DNA from: Elusimicrobiota bacterium
Lineage (GTDB): Bacteria > CG03 > SLGR01 > PWQF01
DNA: 64,000 nt
NCBI GenBank assembly: GCA_003557485.1
Contig: PWOI01000179.1
Coordinates: 13,789-77,788, forward strand
Direction: 5' to 3'
Position numbers and translations under genes: made by a program. The notes under the pieces are model-generated. The model had not been told where the DNA came from and did no database searches. It saw nothing but the letters and a program-made list of their open reading frames with translations. Below are positions 16,727-25,848 of the stretch, one piece after another (within the stretch, counting starts at the first letter, position 1; every line of letters begins with the position of its first letter).

Positions 16727-16754
16727 GGCCGCCTTTAAGGCGGCTCTTTTTTTT
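16727..16754 (+). terminator. Attenuator terminator 2: GGCCGCC-tttaa-GGCGGCT stem-loop plus U8, ending at the trpE ATG. The right arm contains the trpE SD-like AAGG.
   Basis: ggccgcc tttaa ggcggct followed by c tttttttt (16747-16754). ATG at 16755. Confidence 0.55.
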
Positions 16755-18209
16755 ATGCAAACAAAAATTATACCAGTAAGAGAAAAAATTGTAGCGGATT
16801 TTATAACCCCGGTTTCCGGGTATATAAGAATGGGAAGCGGAGATTATTCGTTTCTGCTGGAGTCTGCTGAAAAAGGAAAGGCCGGCAGGTTTTCTTTCGT
16901 AGGGTTCTGCCCCCGGCGGGTTTATGAACTCTACACTGACCGGGTAGATATTATGGAGAGGGCACAGGAGAATCCGAATGTTCTGACGCCTAAAAAGACC
17001 GTAAGAAGCAGTGACCCTCTCGCAGTAATTCAGGAAGTTCAGGACAGGTTTAAAGTTGAGGATAACGGCAGCCTTCCTCCTTTCTGCGGCGGGCTTGTGG
17101 GATACTCTTCATATGAGATGATTGAAACTTTTGAAAACCTTTGCCTTGAAAACCGGCCGGCTGCCGGGGAACCGCTCGGTGTTTTCATCTTTAGTGATGA
17201 AATAATCGCATTTGACCACCTTCACAATACCGCTGAGATAATAAAACTCGTAAGTGAAGAGGAGGGGGAGGATAAGGCCCGCCTACGCATACTGCAGATT
17301 AAGAACAGATTATTGAATACTCAGGTCCAAATAAAACCGATGGCGATGGCGGGCGAGGGCCGCCCTGAATATAAATCAAATTTTACAGAGAGTGAGTTTA
17401 AAAAGGGTGTTAACAAAATAAAAGAAGAAATTATGTCCGGGGAAATAATACAGGGGGTTTTCTCCCAGAGGCTCACAGCCGACGCGCCGGATGACGTTTT
17501 TGACTGCTACAGGGCTTTAAGGGTAGTAAACCCCTCTCCTTATATGTTTTACCTTAAACTTAAGGATACTGTCCTGTGCGGCTCTTCACCTGAAGTTATG
17601 GTAAAGTCTTCCGGCGGAAAAGCATGCCTGAAGCCGATAGCCGGCACGCGTAAAAGGAGCCTTTGCAGCAACGAGGAAAAAGAACTCAAGGAGGATCTAA
17701 AAAAAGACCCTAAAGAAATAGCGGAGCATATAATGCTGGTTGACCTTGGAAGAAATGATCTCGGGAAAGTCTGCAGTCCGGGCAGCGTTAAGGTTAAAAA
17801 TCTTATGGCGGTGGAAAAGTATTCGCACGTAATGCATATGGTAACAGAGATAGAGGGAAACCTGGCTGAAGGGATAGGGAATACGGATGTTTTTAAAGCA
17901 TGTTTTCCCGCCGGCACGGTGAGCGGCGCGCCCAAACTCAGGGCAATGCAGATAATAGACAGTCTGGAAAAAACACCGCGCGGGCCTTATGCGGGCGCAG
18001 TAGGTTATTTTTCTTTTACAGGTGATATGGATACCTGCATTGCAATAAGGACTATGGTGGTAAAGGGAAAGAAAGTTTTTATACAGGCCGGAGCGGGGAT
18101 TGTTGCGGATTCGGTCCCGGAGAAAGAATATATCGAAACTATGAATAAAGCCGGCGCTCTGCTACAGGCCCTTTATATGGCCGGCAGCGGGAAGGAAGAG
18201 AATTTATGA
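16755..18209 (+). CDS. trpE: Anthranilate synthase component I
   Basis: 484 aa. Chorismate-binding family motifs (FLLES...GRFSF, GTRKR, LVDLGRNDLGKV, GAVGYF). Confidence 0.9.
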   Translation: MQTKIIPVREKIVADFITPVSGYIRMGSGDYSFLLESAEKGKAGRFSFVGFCPRRVYELYTDRVDIMERAQENPNVLTPKKTVRSSDPLAVIQEVQDRFKVEDNGSLPPFCGGLVGYSSYEMIETFENLCLENRPAAGEPLGVFIFSDEIIAFDHLHNTAEIIKLVSEEEGEDKARLRILQIKNRLLNTQVQIKPMAMAGEGRPEYKSNFTESEFKKGVNKIKEEIMSGEIIQGVFSQRLTADAPDDVFDCYRALRVVNPSPYMFYLKLKDTVLCGSSPEVMVKSSGGKACLKPIAGTRKRSLCSNEEKELKEDLKKDPKEIAEHIMLVDLGRNDLGKVCSPGSVKVKNLMAVEKYSHVMHMVTEIEGNLAEGIGNTDVFKACFPAGTVSGAPKLRAMQIIDSLEKTPRGPYAGAVGYFSFTGDMDTCIAIRTMVVKGKKVFIQAGAGIVADSVPEKEYIETMNKAGALLQALYMAGSGKEENL

Positions 18210-18233
18210 TTCACTGCCGGCAAAGGAGTTGAA

Positions 18234-19244
18234 ATGATAGTTAAAAAGTGCATAGAAATCCTGATAGAGAAGAAAGACCTATCAGCAGAACAGATGAGAA
18301 AAGCTATGGAGGAGATAATGGACGGTAATGCCGATTCCGCCGTAATAGGGGCTTTTCTTTCCCTGTTAAGATGCAAAGGCGAGACAGTTGAAGAAATAAC
18401 CGCGGCCGCATCCGTTATGAGAGATAAGTCCGAAAAAATCAGTATAGAGGGAGACCTTCTGGATACCTGTTCAACCGGGGGGACAGGAATAAATCATTTT
18501 AATATATCTACGGCAGCTTCTTTTGTGGCTGCCGGGTGCGGCCTAAAGGTGGCAAAACACGGGAACCGGGCTGTTTCGGGCCGGTGCGGCAGCGCGGATG
18601 TACTTGAAAAACTGGGTGTCTGTATCCAGCTGCCTCCGCATCAGGTAAAAAAATGCATTGAAAAAGCCGGAATAGGTTTTCTTTTTGCTCCAATTTTTCA
18701 CCGGGCAATGAAAAATGTTGCGGTACCCCGCAGGGAACTCGGAATACGGACGGTTTTTAATATACTAGGCCCCCTGACCAACCCGGCAGGGGCCTCTTTT
18801 CAGCTTCTCGGAGTATTTGATGCGGAGTTAGCCGAACCGCTTGCGCGTGTGCTGGGTAATCTGGGCGTAAAAAAAGCTATGGTTGTTCACGGCGCCGGCG
18901 GAATGGATGAAGTATCTCTTGCCGGTCCGAGTTTAGTCTGCGAGCTTAAAGAAGGCGATGTCCGCCGGTATGAAATCGGTCCGGATGATTTCGGACTTAA
19001 AAGAAGCGGCATAGATGAAATTGCCGGCGGCAACGCCGAAATTAATGCATTAGCAATTAAAAAAATTCTCAAGGGAGAGAAGGGGGCCTTCCGGGATATA
19101 GTCCTTGCTAACACTTCCGCTGCTCTTGTGACCGCAGGGCGAGCGGAAAACTTTAAGGATGGAGTAGAAATTGCACGCTGCTCTCTTGATTCCGGTAGCG
19201 CACTGAAAAAACTTAAAGAACTTATATCAATTTCAGGAGAATAA
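18234..19244 (+). CDS. trpD: Anthranilate phosphoribosyltransferase
   Basis: 336 aa. CSTGGTG, KHGNRAVSG, GPLTNP motifs. Confidence 0.9.
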   Translation: MIVKKCIEILIEKKDLSAEQMRKAMEEIMDGNADSAVIGAFLSLLRCKGETVEEITAAASVMRDKSEKISIEGDLLDTCSTGGTGINHFNISTAASFVAAGCGLKVAKHGNRAVSGRCGSADVLEKLGVCIQLPPHQVKKCIEKAGIGFLFAPIFHRAMKNVAVPRRELGIRTVFNILGPLTNPAGASFQLLGVFDAELAEPLARVLGNLGVKKAMVVHGAGGMDEVSLAGPSLVCELKEGDVRRYEIGPDDFGLKRSGIDEIAGGNAEINALAIKKILKGEKGAFRDIVLANTSAALVTAGRAENFKDGVEIARCSLDSGSALKKLKELISISGE

Positions 19245-19825
19245 TGAATATTACAGTAATAGATAATTATGATTCGTTTGTTTACAACCTGGTTGATTAT
19301 ATGGGCAGGAGCCGCGGAGTGAAGGTAAGGATTTACAGGAACGACAGCGTATCTGCCACAGCTGTTATTGAGGAAAAACCTGATGCCGTGGTAATATCAC
19401 CCGGGCCCGGACGCCCGGAAAATGCGGGTATATGTATCGAGCTTATCAGGAAAATGCCGGACGGAATACCTTTACTGGGAGTCTGCCTGGGCCATCAGGC
19501 CATCGGAGCTGCTTTAGGAGCGGAGATAATAAGGGCGGCAAATATTTTTCACGGAAAGACTTCATCTGTCAGCCACAACGGCAAAGGGCTCTTCAATTCT
19601 ATAGAAAATCCGATGACGGCTACACGCTATCATTCACTTGTAATAGACAGAAAGACCCTCCCCGGCGAGCTTGAAGTTACCGCTGTTTCCGAAGACGGCG
19701 AAATTATGGGAGTAAAACACAAAACACGTAAAATATACGGCGTTCAGTTTCATCCGGAATCCATTCTTACGGAAGACGGACTAAAGTTAATGCGGAATTT
19801 TATGGATATAGCCCGGGAAAAATGA
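19244..19825 (+). CDS. trpG: Anthranilate synthase component II (glutamine amidotransferase)
   Basis: 193 aa. IDNYDSFVYNL, GVCLGHQAIG catalytic Cys, HPES. Confidence 0.9.
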   Translation: MNITVIDNYDSFVYNLVDYMGRSRGVKVRIYRNDSVSATAVIEEKPDAVVISPGPGRPENAGICIELIRKMPDGIPLLGVCLGHQAIGAALGAEIIRAANIFHGKTSSVSHNGKGLFNSIENPMTATRYHSLVIDRKTLPGELEVTAVSEDGEIMGVKHKTRKIYGVQFHPESILTEDGLKLMRNFMDIAREK

Positions 19826-20583
19826 CAGTTTTAGATAAGATAATTAAAAGAAAGAAAGAAATGCTTGCCGGGGGCAGGTTTCCTGGGGCGCCGCCCGCGA
19901 CTTGCGCAGAATATGAGAATTCCTTTAAAAAAAGGCTTACCGGAAAAGGCCTTTCAGTAATAGCTGAAATAAAAAGATGCTCTCCTTCTGCCGGGGAGAT
20001 TACAGAAAAAAGCGTTGAAGAACTCGCCGAAATTTACGCAGACAGTACCGCAGCCTGCATATCCGTTCTGACAGAAGATCTATATTTCGGAGGAAGCCCT
20101 GAAGATATTACAAAAGTTAAAAAAATAACCTCAAAGCCGGTTCTTATGAAGGATTTCATAATTTTTAAAGAACAGATCTACCTTGCCCGCCTGTGCGGTG
20201 CAGACGCAGTTCTTCTGATATCTTCCATATTAAGTGAAGAAGAGATAAAAATATTAAACGAGACAGCTAAGCAGTGCGGCTTGTCGGTATTGAATGAAGT
20301 ACATAGTCTGTCTGACATCAAAAAGCTGCAGGGTAACAAAAAGATTGAAATAACAGGTGTAAACAGCAGAGATCTTGTAAGCCTTAAGGTTGATGAATCT
20401 GTTCACGAAAAACTTATTCCCTTTCTTGACAGAAGAACGTTGAAAATTGCCGAGAGCGGAGTAAGCCGGCCCGACCGCGCGCGGCAGCTTGAGAATATGG
20501 GATATGATGCAGTTCTGGCAGGAGAGTCCGTTATAGTTTCTTCTGATCCGGCCGGAAAAATAAAGGAGCTTGGAGGAAAGTGA
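19822..20583 (+). CDS. trpC: Indole-3-glycerol-phosphate synthase
   Basis: 253 aa. IAEIKRCSPS...KDFII...NSRDL pattern. Overlapping start and stop with neighbours. Confidence 0.85.
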   Translation: MTVLDKIIKRKKEMLAGGRFPGAPPATCAEYENSFKKRLTGKGLSVIAEIKRCSPSAGEITEKSVEELAEIYADSTAACISVLTEDLYFGGSPEDITKVKKITSKPVLMKDFIIFKEQIYLARLCGADAVLLISSILSEEEIKILNETAKQCGLSVLNEVHSLSDIKKLQGNKKIEITGVNSRDLVSLKVDESVHEKLIPFLDRRTLKIAESGVSRPDRARQLENMGYDAVLAGESVIVSSDPAGKIKELGGK

Positions 20584-21203
20584 CTCTTCTTAAAATATGC
20601 GGAATAACAAGCTTCGAGGACCTGAAAATGTGCTTTGAAGAAGGTGCGGATATCGCCGGCTTCAACCTGTATCCCGGGTCGGTGAGATATATTTCGGAGA
20701 ATATGCTCAGGGATCTTGTGGCGGCCGCTACAGGTAAATCAGCTGTTGTGACAGTTGATATGGAACCGGAAAAACTGATAAATACAGTTAAAGACTGCAG
20801 ACCGGAATATATACAGCTCCACGGATCCGAAGATTACGGCTACTGCATGAAGATTAAGGACAGGTTCCCGGATATTAAATTAATCAGGAAAGTTACAATT
20901 GATATGAAAAATCAATTTGACGAAGTCCTTAAATCGGCGGATTTTATTCTATGTGACGTTAAAACATTTCTGCACGGTGGCACAGGGCTGAAGTTTGACT
21001 GGAAAATACTGCGCCAAGTTCCGGATGGGATAAAAAAGAAAATGTTTATTGCAGGGGGAGTTACACCGGAAAACGTATCGCAGCTTGCCGGGTTAGGACT
21101 GGCCGGTATAGATGTCGCTTCCGGCAGTGAAGTGTCAGCCGGTATAAAAGACCGCATAAAAATAAGAAAACTGACAGGAATAATAAAAAAGAGAGAAATA
21201 TAA
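20580..21203 (+). CDS. trpF: Phosphoribosylanthranilate isomerase
   Basis: 207 aa. KICGITS...QLHG...GGTGLKFDW...AGG. Confidence 0.85.
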   Translation: MTLLKICGITSFEDLKMCFEEGADIAGFNLYPGSVRYISENMLRDLVAAATGKSAVVTVDMEPEKLINTVKDCRPEYIQLHGSEDYGYCMKIKDRFPDIKLIRKVTIDMKNQFDEVLKSADFILCDVKTFLHGGTGLKFDWKILRQVPDGIKKKMFIAGGVTPENVSQLAGLGLAGIDVASGSEVSAGIKDRIKIRKLTGIIKKREI

Positions 21204-22321
21204 TGAAAAACGGATATTACGGAAATTACGGCGGGAGTTTTGTTCCGGAAACTCTTATAGAGCCTCTCAATGAGCTTATTGCAAATTACAAAAACCTTAA
21301 AAAATCACCACGGTTCAAAGCAGAACTGAAAAAGCTGCTTACAGATTTTGCGGGAAGGCCTACTCCGCTTTTTAAATCAGAAAAACTGTCCGCGCGCGCC
21401 GGCTGCGAAGTTTACCTTAAAAGGGAAGACCTTGCCCATACAGGATCCCATAAAATAAATAATGCTGTCGGGCAGGCCCTGGTAGCCAGGTTTTCCGGAA
21501 AGAAGAAAATAATAGCAGAAACAGGGGCAGGCCAGCACGGGGTTGCCGCCGCCTCCGCCGCAGTTGTAACCGGCCTTAAATGCAGGGTTTTTATGGGGGA
21601 AGTCGATATATCCCGGCAGCAGGAAAACGTAAGAAGAATGAAACTTTTAGGGGCCGAAGTAGTTCCTGTAAAAGAAGGAACCCGCACTCTCCGGGAAGCG
21701 GTAAGCGCAGCTATACGGAGCTGGGTTTCGGATCCCCGTGATTCTTATTATCTTCTGGGTTCCTGCGTAGGCCCGCATCCCTATCCAATGATGGTGCGGG
21801 ATTTTCAGTCTGTAATAGGAAAGGAAGTTAAAAAACAGCTCTCATACCCGCCGACACACTTGGTGGCCTGTGTGGGTGGAGGGTCCAATTCAATAGGGCT
21901 TTTTCATCCTTTTTTCGAAGATAGGAATGTGAAACTTATAGGAGTGGAAGCCGGCGGGGCAGCATCTATTAATAACGGCAGGATAGGGGTTCTTCACGGG
22001 ACCCGTAGCTACCTTCTTTACGGACGCAGCGGCCAGATAAAAGATACGCATTCCGTGGCTCCCGGACTTGATTATTGTGGAGTAGGGCCTGAACATTCCT
22101 ATTATAACGATATCCGCCGGGCTGATTATTTTACTGTAAGCGATGGCGGAGCGCTTAAAGCCTTCAGGTGGCTTTCGAAAAATGAGGGGGTAATACCTGC
22201 GCTGGAATCTTCCCATGCGATATGGTGGATGATGAATAATAAATTCAGCAAGGGTGACCGGGTTGTGGTTTGTCTTTCGGGAAGAGGAGATAAGGATCTG
22301 TCAGCCGCCGGTCAGGGTTAA
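21203..22321 (+). CDS. trpB: Tryptophan synthase beta chain
   Basis: 372 aa. PLP-enzyme motifs (HTGSHKINN, GAGQHGVA, GGGSNSIG). Confidence 0.9.
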   Translation: MKNGYYGNYGGSFVPETLIEPLNELIANYKNLKKSPRFKAELKKLLTDFAGRPTPLFKSEKLSARAGCEVYLKREDLAHTGSHKINNAVGQALVARFSGKKKIIAETGAGQHGVAAASAAVVTGLKCRVFMGEVDISRQQENVRRMKLLGAEVVPVKEGTRTLREAVSAAIRSWVSDPRDSYYLLGSCVGPHPYPMMVRDFQSVIGKEVKKQLSYPPTHLVACVGGGSNSIGLFHPFFEDRNVKLIGVEAGGAASINNGRIGVLHGTRSYLLYGRSGQIKDTHSVAPGLDYCGVGPEHSYYNDIRRADYFTVSDGGALKAFRWLSKNEGVIPALESSHAIWWMMNNKFSKGDRVVVCLSGRGDKDLSAAGQG

Positions 22322-22339
22322 AGAAAGTTGTGACATGAA

Positions 22340-23131
22340 ATGAATGAACTTGAAAGAAAAATTAACTGGTTGAAAGAGGAAAAACTGACAGGCATAAGTT
22401 TTTTTATGACTGCCGGGTATCCGGATATGAAAACCTTCAGTGATACAGTCAGGGAACTTGACCGCCGCAGCCTTGCAGATTTTATTGAGGTAGGCGTGCC
22501 ATTTTCGGATCCCCTTGCGGACGGCCCGGTTATTCAGAATTCTTCCAGGGAGGCAATAAAGCAGGGGGCAAGCCTTGGTAATATTTTTGAAGCAGTCAGG
22601 AAGATTAAAAAGGATACGGCTCTGCCCATGGTGATGATGAGTTATCTTAACCCTCTTACTTCCGGGGCCGGACTGGAAAAAAATCTTAAATGCGCCGCTG
22701 ATTCGGGATTTTCAGCAGTAATAATACCGGATCTCCCGGCCGGTGAATCTGCGGAAATTGAAAAAACAGTAAAAAAGCCGGGTCTTGGACACGTATTTCT
22801 TGCTGCTCCTTCAACCCCGGATGAAAGGATAAGAGAAATATCCCTAAAGAGCTCACCTTTTCTTTATTATGTAAGTTCATACGGCGTAACAGGGGCGCGC
22901 CGCAGCCTGGACAGTAAGCTTGCCTCCAGACTTGAAAGAGTAAGAAAATTGTCCCGTGTTCCTGTTTACTGCGGTTTTGGTATCTCAACCCCCGCGCAGG
23001 CCGCTTTATTGAAAAAAAGTCTTGACGGTATTATTATAGGTTCGGCGTTCATTGATAAATTAAAAACAAGACACTTTAAAGCCCCGTTAAAATTTGCTAT
23101 AAGTATAAATAAATCTCTGGGAAGGATGTAG
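22340..23131 (+). CDS. trpA: Tryptophan synthase alpha chain
   Basis: 263 aa. GVPFSDPLADGP, YVSSYGVTG, CGFGIS. Confidence 0.85.
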   Translation: MNELERKINWLKEEKLTGISFFMTAGYPDMKTFSDTVRELDRRSLADFIEVGVPFSDPLADGPVIQNSSREAIKQGASLGNIFEAVRKIKKDTALPMVMMSYLNPLTSGAGLEKNLKCAADSGFSAVIIPDLPAGESAEIEKTVKKPGLGHVFLAAPSTPDERIREISLKSSPFLYYVSSYGVTGARRSLDSKLASRLERVRKLSRVPVYCGFGISTPAQAALLKKSLDGIIIGSAFIDKLKTRHFKAPLKFAISINKSLGRM

Positions 23132-23176
23132 GTGCGCTGCCCGGGCGGCGGAAGGAAAACAGGGTAAAAGTATCAA

Positions 23177-23779
23177 ATGCCTGCTGTAGATATATGCGGA
23201 ATAACTAGTACAGAAGATGCCAAATGGGCCGCTATTCACGGAGTAGAGTATGTTACGGTTTACAGGGATCCTGAATCGGCTAGAACCATTTCTGTTTCCC
23301 GTGCGGAAGAAATAAGGCATCTCCTGCCGGATTACAGCGAGGTATCTCTTGACTTCGGGTCTGCTGAAAATATAAATTTAAAAGAACTGGATAAGATTGC
23401 GCCATCAATAGTTAAGTTTTATATGCCGGAAGATCATTCTGAATTTGAAAATATTAAAGAACTGCTGGAGGGAAAAAATTACAAGCTGGTTATTAAAATT
23501 CGTCCCGGAAGCATTTCTTCATATATGGAAGGGTTCAGCGGAATGATTCAGCTCGAATTGGATGAAAATGTGCAGGATGAGGAAATAAGCGTGCCGGAAT
23601 ACATAAACAATGAAAAATTTATGATTCTGGGTGATTTGCCGCTTGAGAGAATTAAAAAACTCTGCGGGATTACACAACCCCATGCATGGTGCCTGGAAAA
23701 TATTATTTCCAGCGCGTCCTCAAGAAGGATAGATTACAGTAAAATGAAAAAATTTATCAGGGAGATAACTCTTTTATAG
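23177..23779 (+). CDS. Divergent PRAI (TrpF)-like paralog, 200 aa
   Basis: N-terminal MPAVDICGITSTEDAKWAAIHGVEY parallels the TrpF KICGITSFEDLKMCFEEGADI. C-terminal ...SSASSRRIDYSKMKKFIREI parallels the TrpF GIDVASGSE...KIRKL. Otherwise highly diverged. Confidence 0.5.
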   Translation: MPAVDICGITSTEDAKWAAIHGVEYVTVYRDPESARTISVSRAEEIRHLLPDYSEVSLDFGSAENINLKELDKIAPSIVKFYMPEDHSEFENIKELLEGKNYKLVIKIRPGSISSYMEGFSGMIQLELDENVQDEEISVPEYINNEKFMILGDLPLERIKKLCGITQPHAWCLENIISSASSRRIDYSKMKKFIREITLL

Positions 23780-23781
23780 CA

Positions 23782-24603
23782 ATGAATTCCAAAAAAAATA
23801 ATGTTCCGCACGGACTCTTTAAAAGGTGCCCTAAATGCGATTACTCTATTTACAGCAAAGAACTTCAGCTGTCGCTGTGGGTCTGCCCTAAATGCGATTA
23901 TCACTTCCGGCTACCGGCGCGGCGCCGCATAAAAATGCTTATAGATGAAGGGACTTTCAAGGAGTACGATTCTGATATATCAACTTCGGATCCGTTAGGT
24001 TTCAAAGATATAAAAACGTATCCGGAAAAAGTTTCCGAATATGTAAAAAAATCAGGATTAAACGAAGCAGCAGTTTCCGGAACGGCAAAAATCGGGGGAT
24101 ATGATGTATCCCTCTGCGTTCTTGATTTTTATTTTATGGGCGGCAGTATGGGCTCGGCTGTCGGAGAAAAGGTTTGCCGCGCCGGTGAACGCGCTCTGCG
24201 TAAAAAAATACCTTTCATTGCAGTATCTGCTTCCGGGGGAGCCAGGATGCAGGAGGGAATTCTATCTCTTATGCAGATGGCAAAAACTTCAGCGGTTATA
24301 GCCAAGCTGGATAAGGAAAAGATACCTTATTTCTCGGTTATGTGCGATCCGACAACCGGAGGAGTCTCCGCATCTTTCGCCATGCTTGGTGATGTTAATA
24401 TAGCCGAATCGAGAGCTTTAATAGCTTTCGCCGGACCGAGAGTTATAAAACAGACTATTAAACAGGATCTTCCGCCTGATTTCCAGAGCGCAGAATTTGT
24501 CCGGGACCACGGTATGATAGATATAGTCGTTGACAGGGAAGACCTGCGCGGTGAACTCATAAGACTACTCAGGCTTTTCTCGGGAAAGCCAGCCAATAAA
24601 TAA
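23782..24603 (+). CDS. accD: Acetyl-CoA carboxylase carboxyltransferase beta subunit
   Basis: C4 zinc ribbon (CPKCDYSIY...CPKCDYHFRL) followed by the carboxyltransferase domain (GGSMGSAVGEK, GGARMQEG). Confidence 0.9.
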   Translation: MNSKKNNVPHGLFKRCPKCDYSIYSKELQLSLWVCPKCDYHFRLPARRRIKMLIDEGTFKEYDSDISTSDPLGFKDIKTYPEKVSEYVKKSGLNEAAVSGTAKIGGYDVSLCVLDFYFMGGSMGSAVGEKVCRAGERALRKKIPFIAVSASGGARMQEGILSLMQMAKTSAVIAKLDKEKIPYFSVMCDPTTGGVSASFAMLGDVNIAESRALIAFAGPRVIKQTIKQDLPPDFQSAEFVRDHGMIDIVVDREDLRGELIRLLRLFSGKPANK

Positions 24604-25848
24604 TTGCGGAAAATAAGGCTTGACCTGGAGCCATTAAAAAAAGTTCTTACTGATATGGGTTCCCCTCATCTTGAGATTCCCGTTATATCTGTAGCCGGAA
24701 CAAATGGAAAGGGCTCGGTTTGCGCTTTTTTGGACAGCATTATGGATAAAAAAGGGCTAAAGACGGGACTCTATACTTCACCGCATTTTAGAAACCTTCT
24801 GGAAAGGATAAAATGCGGCCGTCGAAGCATCTCTTCCGGAATATATTCCCAACTAGAAGATAGAATACATGCGGCAGAAGAAAAATCCGGCGAAAAATTA
24901 ACGGAATTTGAGTTTTCAACTGCGGCTGCGATACTCTACTTTAATATGGAAAAATGCGATTTAAATATAATGGAAACAGGAATGGGCGGCCGGCTTGATG
25001 CAACAAATGTATGCCTTAACAAGAAAGCTGCCGTGATAACTTCAATTGATATAGACCATAGCGAATTTCTGGGAGAGACAAAAGAAGAGATAGCAAAAGA
25101 GAAAGCCGGAATTATAACAAACTCTGCACCGGTTATAGATGCCTCGGGTACGGATGCGGTTGAGCGGGAAGCTGTCAGGAAGGGCGCGCCGGTAAAAAAA
25201 TACGGCAGGGATTTTGATGCTCTAAATATCAAAAAAGCAGGAGATAATGGATTGTTTTCTTTTGATTATATAAGCGGTAAAGTTGAAATTAAAGAGCTTA
25301 TTCCTTCACTCAGAGGAATTCATCAATGTTGTAACGCCGCAGCTGCAGTGGCAGCGGCATTTGAATCAGGCTTTAGTGTTTCAGAGGATGATATAAGAAA
25401 CGGGTTGAAAGACGTCTGTCTTCAGGGAAGACTGCAGTTTATCGGACTGCCGGATGGAAAAACAGCTATACTTGATACGGCGCATAATCCTGCTGCCTGC
25501 CGGTCAGTAGCAGAATTTGTCAGGCAGCACCTGCCTCCCGAAAGGCGGCTTTTTACTGTTGCAGGTATGTTAAAGGATAAAAAATACCGGGAAATGATGG
25601 CTATTCTGGAACAAGTTTCATATAAAATATTTACATTTACCCCTCCTTCTGAAAGAGGTCTTGAAGGAAAGAAACTTGCCGGTTTTGGCAGTGGTGCCCG
25701 CGGCTTTGAAACCTTCAAGGAAGCCTACGGAGCAGTTCTTGAAATAATGCAGCCGGGTGAAGCTATGCTTGTATGCGGTTCCTTCGCTTCGGTGTCCGCC
25801 GCGCTTGATGCTTTAAGAGCAGGAAGAAATAAACGAAATGTTTGTTAA
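24604..25848 (+). CDS. folC: Folylpolyglutamate synthase / dihydrofolate synthase (Mur ligase family)
   Basis: P-loop VAGTNGKGS. Mur-ligase middle and C-terminal domains. The accD-folC adjacency is conserved in many bacteria. Start codon uncertain (TTG at 24604 or the downstream ATG). Confidence 0.8.
   Translation: MRKIRLDLEPLKKVLTDMGSPHLEIPVISVAGTNGKGSVCAFLDSIMDKKGLKTGLYTSPHFRNLLERIKCGRRSISSGIYSQLEDRIHAAEEKSGEKLTEFEFSTAAAILYFNMEKCDLNIMETGMGGRLDATNVCLNKKAAVITSIDIDHSEFLGETKEEIAKEKAGIITNSAPVIDASGTDAVEREAVRKGAPVKKYGRDFDALNIKKAGDNGLFSFDYISGKVEIKELIPSLRGIHQCCNAAAAVAAAFESGFSVSEDDIRNGLKDVCLQGRLQFIGLPDGKTAILDTAHNPAACRSVAEFVRQHLPPERRLFTVAGMLKDKKYREMMAILEQVSYKIFTFTPPSERGLEGKKLAGFGSGARGFETFKEAYGAVLEIMQPGEAMLVCGSFASVSAALDALRAGRNKRNVC

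Noticed and set aside
21203-22321. TrpB of only 372 aa as a possible truncated pseudogene
   Set aside because: All PLP-binding and catalytic motifs are present in order, and there is no internal stop or frameshift. The shorter length is within family variation.
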